Assembly: GCF_000025505.1 (NCBI RefSeq)
Contig: NC_013849.1
Coordinates: 2,010,001-2,042,000 of the forward strand
DNA from: Ferroglobus placidus DSM 10642
GTDB taxonomy: Archaea; Halobacteriota; Archaeoglobi; Archaeoglobales; Archaeoglobaceae
DNA length: 32,000 bases
Direction of reading: 5' to 3'
Shown piece after piece: positions 8,874 to 17,210 of the stretch (within the stretch, counting starts at the first letter, position 1; each line of letters begins with the position of its first letter). The position numbers were made by a program, and so were the translations under genes. The notes under the pieces are model-generated. The model was not told the origin of the DNA. It did no database searches and was given only the letters and a program-made list of their open reading frames with translations.

Positions 8874-9065
8874 ATGAAAAAGGTATCCATCAGACTCACA
8901 GAAAAACAGTACGAGTTTCTTGAAAGTCTTGTTATAAGCGGAGAGTACGCCAACGTTAGCGAAGTGATCAGGGATGCTATCCGCTATTTTATGAAGGCTA
9001 AGATGAAGGAGATGTCCGAGTCTGAAAAGGTTGAGGAAATGAAGTGGAAGGGGGAAAATGTATGA
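8874..9065 (+). CDS. Ribbon-helix-helix (CopG-type) DNA-binding protein, CdrS-like by position
   Basis: [43 protein letters not shown]..., located directly upstream of and overlapping the 5' end of ftsZ. The listed start 8634 is probably too far upstream. Confidence 0.85.
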   Translation: MKKVSIRLTEKQYEFLESLVISGEYANVSEVIRDAIRYFMKAKMKEMSESEKVEEMKWKGENV

Positions 9066-10204
9066 AATCGTTTGTTAGTAAAGCCCAGATGTTTTATGCA
9101 GAGGAGAAAGCGGAAAAAATAGATGTTAGGGAGTTCGGCACCCCGAACATCTTTGTTGTTGGTTGTGGAGGTAGTGGAAACAACACAGTAAACAGACTGA
9201 TGAACATAGGTATCGACGGGGTCGTGACAATTGCAATAAACACCGACAGGCAGCATTTGGAGATGATAAAAGCCCACAAGAAGGTTCTGATTGGAAGAAG
9301 CATAACCAGAGGACTTGGAGCTGGAGGATATCCGGAAGTGGGAAGAAAGGCAGCTGAAATGGCGAGGGGGACACTTGAAGAGCTTTTAAACGAGGCAGAT
9401 TTGGTTTTCATCTGCGCAGGACTCGGAGGAGGAACCGGAACTGGCTCCGCTCCAGTTGTTGCCGAAGTGGCTAAAAAGCAGGGAGCTATAGTAATTGGAA
9501 TGGTACAGATGCCGTTTAAAGTTGAGAGAGCGAGACTGAAAAAAGCCAAAGAAGGGTTGGAAGAGCTGAAGAAGCACTGCGACACGGTCGTCGTCCTCGA
9601 CAACAACAAACTTCTCGAGTACGTTCCGAACTTGCCGATAGAGCAGGCTTTCAGCGTTATGGATCAGATTGTTGCTGAGACGATTAGAGGAATCACAGAT
9701 ACAATTACTAAACCCTCTCTGATAAACATCGACTTCGCCGACGTTAGAGCGGTAATGGGGCAGGGAGGAATTGCTGCGATGCTTGTAGGTGAATCTAAAG
9801 CCCAGAACAAAGCTAAAGAAGTTGTTAGAGACTGTTTGCAACATCCTCTCCTCGAAATCGATTACAGAGGAGCGACAGGAGCTTTGATTCACATCTCGGG
9901 AGGAAACGATTTGACGATCAGAGAAGCTGAAGAGATCGTGAACAACCTAACCTTCGAGATTGCCGAGAACGCCAACGTAATATGGGGTGCGAGGATAACG
10001 AACGAGCTCGAGGGAATAGTCAGAGTGACTGCCATCATGACCGGAGTGAAGGCTAAGAAACTCTTCGAGGTTGAAGATGAATGCTACTACCAGCCAAGAG
10101 TTTCGCAAACCTCTGAAAGAAAATTCGAAGAAACATACTACTCAAAGCCGAAGAGCTATCCGGTAACTGCTGGAAGAAACTTCAACGGTATCGACGTTCT
10201 CTGA
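9062..10204 (+). CDS. ftsZ: Cell division protein FtsZ (tubulin homologue)
   Basis: [59 protein letters not shown]; start taken as MKSFVSKAQ. Confidence 0.97.
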   Translation: MKSFVSKAQMFYAEEKAEKIDVREFGTPNIFVVGCGGSGNNTVNRLMNIGIDGVVTIAINTDRQHLEMIKAHKKVLIGRSITRGLGAGGYPEVGRKAAEMARGTLEELLNEADLVFICAGLGGGTGTGSAPVVAEVAKKQGAIVIGMVQMPFKVERARLKKAKEGLEELKKHCDTVVVLDNNKLLEYVPNLPIEQAFSVMDQIVAETIRGITDTITKPSLINIDFADVRAVMGQGGIAAMLVGESKAQNKAKEVVRDCLQHPLLEIDYRGATGALIHISGGNDLTIREAEEIVNNLTFEIAENANVIWGARITNELEGIVRVTAIMTGVKAKKLFEVEDECYYQPRVSQTSERKFEETYYSKPKSYPVTAGRNFNGIDVL

Positions 10205-10231
10205 TTGCAACTTTCACACCTCTCATTTTTT

Positions 10232-10522
10232 ATGATCGTGGAGATTTCGGTAGTTCCTATAGGTGTTGGAGAGTCTCTGAGCAAGTACGTTGCAGAGGTT
10301 ATCAGGGTTTTAAGGGAGAAAAACATCAAGCACGAGCTTACGGCTATGGGAACGATATTAGAGTTGAGCAGTTTTTCGGAGCTTTGCGAAATTCTCGAAG
10401 AAATTAACAAAAGATTGTTCTCTCTCGGTTCGCCAAGAAATTATTTCGTTTTAAAAATAGACGTTAGAAAGAAGGGTGGAAAAATAGAAGACAAAGTTAG
10501 ATCTGTTTTGGAGAAAATTTAG
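10232..10522 (+). CDS. MTH1187/YkoF-type thiamine-binding family protein
   Basis: MIVEISVVPIGVGESLSKYVAEVIRVLREKNIKHELTAMGTILE...; start at 10232 preferred over 10205. Confidence 0.8.
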   Translation: MIVEISVVPIGVGESLSKYVAEVIRVLREKNIKHELTAMGTILELSSFSELCEILEEINKRLFSLGSPRNYFVLKIDVRKKGGKIEDKVRSVLEKI

Positions 10523-10576
10523 TCGAGAAAATTTACGGCGAAAACTTTATAATCTGTTTTAGGTTCACCTAAAAAT

Positions 10577-12454
10577 ATGCATTGTCACACTCCTCGCGAA
10601 ATAGCTGACGCTGACGTGCTCCTCGTAGGAAACCCGAATGTCGGCAAGAGCGTGATTTTTTACGAATTAACCGGGAAGTACGCTACAGTTTCTAATTATC
10701 CCGGCACGACCGTTGACGTAGAAGTTGGGAAGATAAGGGATTTAAATTTGAAAGTCGTCGACACCCCGGGAATGTACTCTTTTTTCTCCATAACTGAAGA
10801 AGAGGTCGTTGCGAAAAGAATGATTTTGGAGAGCAAAGCGAATTTGATAGTCAATGTTGTTGATGCAAAAAACTTGGAAAGAAGTTTGCCTCTAACTTTA
10901 ATGCTCATAGAAAGTTGTAAAAACGTTATTCTCGTTTTAAACGCGATGGACGAAGCGGAAAGGCTGGGATTAAAGATAGACGTAAAAGAGCTCGAAAAAA
11001 GACTGGGAATTCCGGTAGTTCCGACGGTAGCTATTAAAAGAAAGGGGCTCGACAAGTTAAAGGAAAAAATAGAGGAGCTAAGCAAAATCGAGCAGAAAAA
11101 GAGAATTTTCAAACTCGGCGATCAGCTTGAGGAAAAAATAAAAGAGATCGAAAGCAAAATAAGTGGGGAGTATCCGGTGTCAAAAAGATTTCTTGCGATT
11201 CTCCTTCTTTCGGGAGACAAAGTAGCTGAAGAGCTAACGGGAGTAAGGGGGGAGAATTTCTCTTACAAAATAGCGATGGAGTATAAGAGAATTGCCGACG
11301 AAATTCTCGACGGAATTGTCAAAATTGAAGAGACGAAAAGGATAAAGCTGGACGAGTTAACTCTGAACCCGATCCTCGCAATTCCACTAACAATCTTTTT
11401 CCTTTACATCCTTTACCTCTTCGCAGGAGTGATTGGAGCGCAGATTCTTGTTGATGCAATAGAAGGCTACTTCGAAGAGAACGTAAACCCTGCTTTTAAT
11501 TCCTTCCTCGAATCCCACGTAGAAAATTACTGGATTAGAGAGCTGTTCGGTGGTGAATACGGAATCGTGACTCTCGGAATAAGGTATGCGATTGCGATAG
11601 TTTTTCCGGTCGTTACGATGTTCTTCGTAGCTTTCTCACTCCTCGAAGATTCTGGATTTTTGCCGAGGATAGCATACACTCTCGACGTTCTATTCAAAAA
11701 GATAGGGTTGAGCGGTAGAGCCGTAATTCCCCTCATGCTCGGCTTCGGTTGCGGGACGATGGCGACGATAGTAACGAGAGTTTTAGAGAGTAAGAAAGAA
11801 AGAATGATAGCTACATTGCTTTTAGCTGTCACGATTCCCTGCTCAGCCCAGTTTGGAGTAATTCTGGCTATCGCTCCGAGTTTCTTCGGATTGCTGATAT
11901 GGGCTGCTACAGTCTTTTCCGTGTTTATCGCGGTTGGTTTCGCATCCAAAAGCTTCTTCAAAAGCTCTCCGAGCTTTTTCATGGAAATACCGCCACTCAG
12001 AATTCCTTCACTTCAGAACGTGATTATGAAAACTCTAACGAGGCTTAGGTGGTACTTCTTCGAAGTTTTGCCGATTTTTGTTGCCATAAGCGTCGTAATA
12101 TGGGTTGGAAGGATAACGGGAATTTTCGACGTCGTCTTATCTCTCTTAGCTCATCCCACTTCGCTGATGGGGCTTCCAAAGGAGGCTTCAAAGGTTTTCC
12201 TCTACGGGTTTTTCAGGAGGGACTATGGGGCTGCCGGACTCTACGATTTGGTCGATAACGGAGTAATTTCCTTCAGACAGACGATAGTGGCGATGGTTTC
12301 TCTAACTCTCTTCGTTCCTTGCATAGCTCTGTTTTCCGTAATGATGAAGGAGAGAGGGATTAAGTTTGCTCTTTCGGTTTTTCTCGTAGCAATGACGATA
12401 GCTTTTTCCGTCGGAATGTTGCTGAATTTATTGCTCCAAGAGGTGGGAATTTGA
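10577..12454 (+). CDS. feoB: Ferrous iron transport protein B
   Basis: LLVGNPNVGKSVIFYELTGKYATVSNYPGTTVDV, VVDTPGMYS, GRAVIPLMLGFGCGTMATIVTRVLESKKERMIATLLLAVTIPCSAQFGV. Confidence 0.96.
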   Translation: MHCHTPREIADADVLLVGNPNVGKSVIFYELTGKYATVSNYPGTTVDVEVGKIRDLNLKVVDTPGMYSFFSITEEEVVAKRMILESKANLIVNVVDAKNLERSLPLTLMLIESCKNVILVLNAMDEAERLGLKIDVKELEKRLGIPVVPTVAIKRKGLDKLKEKIEELSKIEQKKRIFKLGDQLEEKIKEIESKISGEYPVSKRFLAILLLSGDKVAEELTGVRGENFSYKIAMEYKRIADEILDGIVKIEETKRIKLDELTLNPILAIPLTIFFLYILYLFAGVIGAQILVDAIEGYFEENVNPAFNSFLESHVENYWIRELFGGEYGIVTLGIRYAIAIVFPVVTMFFVAFSLLEDSGFLPRIAYTLDVLFKKIGLSGRAVIPLMLGFGCGTMATIVTRVLESKKERMIATLLLAVTIPCSAQFGVILAIAPSFFGLLIWAATVFSVFIAVGFASKSFFKSSPSFFMEIPPLRIPSLQNVIMKTLTRLRWYFFEVLPIFVAISVVIWVGRITGIFDVVLSLLAHPTSLMGLPKEASKVFLYGFFRRDYGAAGLYDLVDNGVISFRQTIVAMVSLTLFVPCIALFSVMMKERGIKFALSVFLVAMTIAFSVGMLLNLLLQEVGI

Positions 12455-13077
12455 GGGAATCAATAGAAAACGCCTTGAGATTCCTCTGGCAGAGGAAGTT
12501 TGAAAACAGAGACGTTAAAATAAGCGAGAAAGATCTCGAAGAGCTCGAAAGAGAGGGGTTTATCAGGAAAAAGAACGGAGATTACGAGTTCACAGCGGAA
12601 GGTTTAGAGATTGCGAGAAAGCTCATAAGACTTCACAGGTTGGCGGAGAGACTTCTCCACGACTTTTTCGAAACTTCGGAAGTGGAAGCTGAAAGATCCG
12701 CATGCAAGTTCGAGCACATAATAAGCGATGAAGTGGAGGAAGCTATTTGCACTTTGCTGGGACATCCTTCAAGATGCCCCCACGGAAATCTCATTCCAGA
12801 AGGGAAGTGCTGCAGAGTTAAGGAGGAAGAGGTGAAAAGAATAGTTTACAAGCTATCCGAGCTAAAGCCGGGGGACGAAGGAGTAATAAAGTATCTGGCT
12901 GGGGATGAAGACGTGATGAGGAAAGCGATTGCCCTCGGAATTTTGCCGGGGAAAAAGGTTAAAGTGATCAGAACTTTTCCTGCGATAGTCATCAAACTCG
13001 GAAACAGCAATATAGCTTTAGACGAGAACATCGCTTCTCAAATTTACCTGATAAAGAGTGGAAATGCCGAAAGGTAG
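12451..13077 (+). CDS. DtxR/MntR-family metal-dependent regulator with FeoA-like C-terminal domain
   Basis: LHRLAERLLHDFFETSEVEAERSACKFEHIISDEVEEAICTLLGHPSRCPHGNLIPEGKCC plus LSELKPGDEGVIKYL...ALGILPGKKVKVIRTFP; TTG start, overlaps feoB. Confidence 0.9.
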   Translation: MRESIENALRFLWQRKFENRDVKISEKDLEELEREGFIRKKNGDYEFTAEGLEIARKLIRLHRLAERLLHDFFETSEVEAERSACKFEHIISDEVEEAICTLLGHPSRCPHGNLIPEGKCCRVKEEEVKRIVYKLSELKPGDEGVIKYLAGDEDVMRKAIALGILPGKKVKVIRTFPAIVIKLGNSNIALDENIASQIYLIKSGNAER

Positions 13078-13222
13078 GTTGTTGGACTCGATTTGACGAT
13101 TATGCCGCAGGATGAAGCTAAAGAAGTGGTTGAAGAGTGGCTTGAACCAAACTTTTGAATTTTACTTCCAGAGTACAGCCAAATCTTAAATACGATCGAA
13201 TCTCAATTATTTGCGAGGGATC

Positions 13223-14236
13223 ATGGTTTCAGAAAAGATGACTGTTCAGAAAAGCTTAAAGATGTTTAGTGTTGATGCTGAAGAAGAAATGCCACGAGTA
13301 GTTGTAGCGGAAGTTCCTAATCTCAAGGGAGAAATGGAAAGGAGAGTGATTAAAGTCGGAGACGGTTCGATTATCAAGCTTTTTGATCGAACTCCTATTC
13401 CGAAAAAAGATACAGATGTCGTATGTCCACACTTTTTGGAATTAAAGTGGGCAAACGGTTGCCCATTTAACTGCGCTTGGTGTTATCTTCAGGGAACTTT
13501 TAGGTTTCTCGATAGAGGAAAAAAGCCATTCATCAAGGACTGGAAGAAAATCGAGTTGCATCTTTGGGCTCTCTTTCAGCATAATTCAAGGAGGGAATTA
13601 CTCAATGCTGGCGAACTTTCGGACTCTCTTATAGGAGAACATGAGAGACCACCAGCTTCTGTAAGACTCGCCAAGATGTTTCAAGAGCAAGATAATTACG
13701 AGCTCTTACTTGTTACCAAATCGAACAGAATAGATAACCTGCTCAGGATTGAGCCCGAAAATGTCATCGTAAGTTTTAGTATTAATGCTTTTCCTGTTGC
13801 AAAACGGTGGGAAAAGGGTGCACCTCACCCGTTAAAGAGAATTGAAGCTGCTCGTAAGCTTTACGACCATGGTTATAAGGTCAGAGTGAGAATTGACCCT
13901 ATGGTTCCAATAACAGGCTGGAAGTCATACTACAGGGAGCTTGTGGAGGAGATTATCAAGAGATTCGAGCCCGAGAGATTTACGCTTGGTACACTAAGAG
14001 GTCTCAGCACAACAATAAGGTGTGCAAAGGACACAAGCTGGGTCAAGTACCTCGACGAGTCAAGCAATTGGGGTCTTAAGCCGAGATTTAATGTGAGACT
14101 GACGATGTACAGGTTTATCATAGATCTGCTGGAAGAGTATGGTTTCATTAACTATGGACTATGCAAAGAGACGGTTGGAATGTGGAAAGCTTTGGAGATG
14201 GATTATAGGGAAATTAAGTGTAACTGCTTGCTTTAA
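13223..14236 (+). CDS. Radical SAM protein, spore-photoproduct-lyase-like, partnered with a TcmP-like gene
   Basis: VVCPHFLELKWANGCPFNCAWCYLQGTFRF (CX3CX2C), LLVTKSNRIDNLL, VRVRIDPMVPITGW. Listed ORF starts at 13211; ATG at 13223 preferred. Confidence 0.85.
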   Translation: MVSEKMTVQKSLKMFSVDAEEEMPRVVVAEVPNLKGEMERRVIKVGDGSIIKLFDRTPIPKKDTDVVCPHFLELKWANGCPFNCAWCYLQGTFRFLDRGKKPFIKDWKKIELHLWALFQHNSRRELLNAGELSDSLIGEHERPPASVRLAKMFQEQDNYELLLVTKSNRIDNLLRIEPENVIVSFSINAFPVAKRWEKGAPHPLKRIEAARKLYDHGYKVRVRIDPMVPITGWKSYYRELVEEIIKRFEPERFTLGTLRGLSTTIRCAKDTSWVKYLDESSNWGLKPRFNVRLTMYRFIIDLLEEYGFINYGLCKETVGMWKALEMDYREIKCNCLL

Positions 14237-15264
14237 TCTTCAAGAAAGTCTGTTATCCTAACTGCATCCCCATAAAGTCTTTTTATTGCATGTTCCACTA
14301 TATCTCCAGAATATGATTCGATAACTCTCTTCAATCTTTCAATTGCTGCCTTCCAAGGAGGTTTCTCTTTTCGCGTTGCAAATATCAAATAATATTTAAA
14401 TTTAGCACCCCTTGATGTCCTGCCTTGTATCATTATGTCTTTTACATATTTTCTGTAGTTTTTTATCTTATTTATATAAAATTTTTTTACTTTACTTTCT
14501 TTATTAAGCTTAACCCAAACTTCTTCTGGCTCTCCAAAAAACTTTGAAAGTTCTTTTTTTGTGTTCTCAGACAAGCTCTCTACTCTACCAATTTCCTTTG
14601 CGATTAATGTAGCTTGTAAAGTTATGAAAAGATCCCCATATTGTATTTCTAACAACTTCTTAAGAGTTCTCCATTCTAATTGCCATTTGTATGGATCTAA
14701 AAACGCTAAATAGTTTTTATGACTAAGCTTATTAAGAAAGGCGACGATTTTGTCAATAGCGATATTAGCATCTTTTGGTAATACTTCATATTTTCCAGAA
14801 ATCCAAGAGAACTTCTTTTCGGGAAATAGCTTTCCCTGTTCATGTACTTCCACACTCTCAAGGAATTTTAGTCTTTCTTCTAAGGATTTTGCATATTCTC
14901 TGTTGTTATCCACGAAAAATAAATAATCGAATTGTCTTTTAGCTTTAGTTGCACAATCTATGGCTATTATGGGAGAACCAACAAGAGCGTATCTTCCAAC
15001 CTTGTTAATCCCACTTCCAGAAAAAAGATCGATATAAACTAATGTTGTTGGCATACCTTTGTTTTCCAAGCTACTTTTAATTATATTTAGATAAGGTTGA
15101 ACAAAGTATGACAAAGCAACCAATTTCAAAGGTGTCCAACCCTTGAATTCATTAAATGAAGTGCCTACATTACTTAACTTATTTAGAAGATTAGGGTAAG
15201 ATTTCAAAAGTAAAATTTCTAATCTTCTGTCCAAATATTCAATATCGGGATTGTAATTTGCCAT
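14233..15264 (-). CDS. Three-Cys-motif partner protein (TcmP)-like, methyltransferase-fold-like
   Basis: LVYIDLFSGSGINKVG...GSPIIAIDCA, FFVDNNREYAKSLEERL, NYLAFLDPYKWQLEWRTLKKLLE; adjacent to a radical SAM gene. Confidence 0.8.
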   Translation of the reverse strand: MANYNPDIEYLDRRLEILLLKSYPNLLNKLSNVGTSFNEFKGWTPLKLVALSYFVQPYLNIIKSSLENKGMPTTLVYIDLFSGSGINKVGRYALVGSPIIAIDCATKAKRQFDYLFFVDNNREYAKSLEERLKFLESVEVHEQGKLFPEKKFSWISGKYEVLPKDANIAIDKIVAFLNKLSHKNYLAFLDPYKWQLEWRTLKKLLEIQYGDLFITLQATLIAKEIGRVESLSENTKKELSKFFGEPEEVWVKLNKESKVKKFYINKIKNYRKYVKDIMIQGRTSRGAKFKYYLIFATRKEKPPWKAAIERLKRVIESYSGDIVEHAIKRLYGDAVRITDFLED

Positions 15265-15318
15265 TAGTTCCCCTCCAGATTTGTCGATTCTTAAGCTATC
15301 CTGCCTCCTATTGTAATT

Positions 15319-15540
15319 TTAATTTCTCATTCTCTTCAGCATCAATCCACCGATCGGCGCTGCAACTCCAGCTACAGGCTTTCCGGTTAGAGCGTTGATA
15401 GCTGTGATTTCTACTTCCTCTCCGACTACAACACTCGAAGGAGCTTCAATTTTCAAAACTCCAACGGCTGAAGTTGGTTGCAAGAGTGCAAGAACGGCAA
15501 GAAATATGACTGTTCCGAAAACTACGCGTTTTCGGAGCAT
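15319..15540 (-). CDS. Small secreted/surface protein, possibly truncated
   Basis: Signal peptide-like MLRKRVVFGTVIFLAVLALLQPTSAVG followed by a beta-rich VLKIEAPSSVVVGEEVEITAINALTGKPVAGV segment that ends abruptly. Confidence 0.5.
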   Translation of the reverse strand: MLRKRVVFGTVIFLAVLALLQPTSAVGVLKIEAPSSVVVGEEVEITAINALTGKPVAGVAAPIGGLMLKRMRN

Positions 15541-15687
15541 GTTTAATTTATCGAAATCAGACTTACTTAAAAGTTACTGATTCATCACTTAGTGGTCTTT
15601 AGTAAATAAAATAAATAAACAAATCAGGATTATAACAAAATCTCACGGTGACTTCCGAGAGGGGTCTCATGCAATGGGAGGACGTCC

Positions 15688-16317
15688 ATGATCTACGTAT
15701 TTATCGATGAGAGCGGTGATCTGGGGTTTAAAGAGACTTCATCGAGATATTACGTTATTGCTAGCGTCGAGACGAAAGACGAGTCTAAAATAAGGGATGT
15801 ATTTAAAAAAATAAGAAAAAAGCTCGGCAAGAAGAAAAGAGACATCCCAGAGTTTAAATTTTCAAAAACAAACAGAAAAATCAAACTTTTGATATTGTCC
15901 AAATTATCAGAACTCGATTTGTCTTTTTCAGCCGTTGTTTTGAGAAAAGAGTCTGTATATCCACACCTTCGTAATAAACAGCAAATATTGCATAACTACA
16001 TAACTGGGTTCATCGTTGAGGTTCTCCCGCTTCATTGCAGATCTAAGATCCAAGTTGTTGTTGACAAGTTTCTGTCGAAAGAGAGCGATGTCGAGAATTT
16101 CAACAGATATCTCGAATATAAAATCGGAAAGGTTTGCAACAACCTTGGAATCATAGAGCCATCGATTACGATTTCCCACGAGTCGTCCCAGAGGCGACCA
16201 GGACTCCAAGCGGCAGATTTCGTCGCTGGCGCCATATTTAACAGATACGAGAGAAACGTAGACGATTACTATAATTTAATAAAACCCAAAATAAAAATCC
16301 TAAAAGAAAGGTTTTAG
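15688..16317 (+). CDS. DUF3800 domain-containing protein (RNase H-like fold expected)
   Basis: MIYVFIDESGDLGF...YYVIASV, VVVDKF, C-terminal SSQRRPGLQAADFVAGAIFNRYE, hallmark DUF3800 motifs. Confidence 0.87.
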   Translation: MIYVFIDESGDLGFKETSSRYYVIASVETKDESKIRDVFKKIRKKLGKKKRDIPEFKFSKTNRKIKLLILSKLSELDLSFSAVVLRKESVYPHLRNKQQILHNYITGFIVEVLPLHCRSKIQVVVDKFLSKESDVENFNRYLEYKIGKVCNNLGIIEPSITISHESSQRRPGLQAADFVAGAIFNRYERNVDDYYNLIKPKIKILKERF

Positions 16318-16324
16318 ATGTATT

Positions 16325-16415
16325 GAACGGCGGCCCCGTCCTACTCCATCCCACCCTCCTCAAGGAGGCCTCATCGTTTCGGACGGAGGGGGGCATAGTA
16401 GGCCCCGACCTTACC
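16325..16415 (-). ncRNA. Candidate structured ncRNA (unknown class)
   Basis: GC-rich island in AT-rich intergenic DNA with minus-strand promoter CGAAACATATAAATA (16440-16426). Potential stems: GGGGC/GCCCC, CCTCC-TTGA-GGAGG, CCGTCC/GGACGG, GGCGG/CCGCC. Confidence 0.45.
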
Positions 16416-16513
16416 CGCCTAATAGTATTTATATGTTTCGTCAATTTAAACCTTTCGTAAGGAAAGTTAGACCCGTAAACTTTACCTTCCTAGAATATTA
16501 TTCAGCAATTTTG

Positions 16514-17030
16514 ATGAAGTTGAAGGAGTTGATAGAGGAGCTTGAGTTGTTTGAGAGGTAAAGAGTTCCGAACGACCTTAGAATTCTTGGCATAGCGACT
16601 TACATTCAAACTTCTTCGACGAGGAGAACGGCTAAAATTCTCTCAGAGTTTCGTCCGGTCTTCCATACGGCTGTGTGGAAGTGGATAAAGAAGTTTAAAA
16701 AACTGCCGATTTCGACTGAGAAGAACACGACGAGAAACATTCTTACAGCAAGGTCTTTCGTCAGAGAAGTTCTTAATTACTGCGAGAACGAGCCCAAGTT
16801 TTTGATAGACAAAGCGCCATGGCTTAGAAGAGCCCTGGAAAGTTTAGGCTTGAAATTTGAACACCAAACCTTTCGGAAAGAGAAGTCTGGTTGAATCCGT
16901 GTTTTCTTCTTTTAAACAGAGAGTTAAGCTGTTCTTCTGTTCGATTTCCACTGAAAATCTAATTAAAAACTGGAATCTATTCTGCAAAATGTTTATGTTG
17001 TATTACAATCACATGAGGTGGTTAAGTTGA
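16514..17030 (+). pseudogene. IS6-like DDE transposase remnant (TAA, internal deletion, +1 frameshift)
   Basis: MKLKELIEELELFER*RVPNDLRILGIATYIQTSSTRRTAKILSEF...VFHTAVWKWIKKF//LTARSFVREVLNYCENEPKFLIDKAPWLRRALESLGLKFEHQTF(fs)GKRSLVESVFSSFKQRVKLFFC...YYNHMRWLS*. Confidence 0.8.
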
Positions 17031-17210
17031 CAGGGCTGGAAAGTTGGTGCTGCTGTAGAAAGTTTTTGGTGAGAATGAAAGTTCATAAAATATCCGCCCT
17101 CTTCAACCCTATAAATCTGGACACCTCAGTAGATGTCATCATTATGGCTTCCCAGCATTCTGCCAAAACGGCACATTTTTGTATTGATAGGCTATGAACC
17201 GGAGGAAGAT

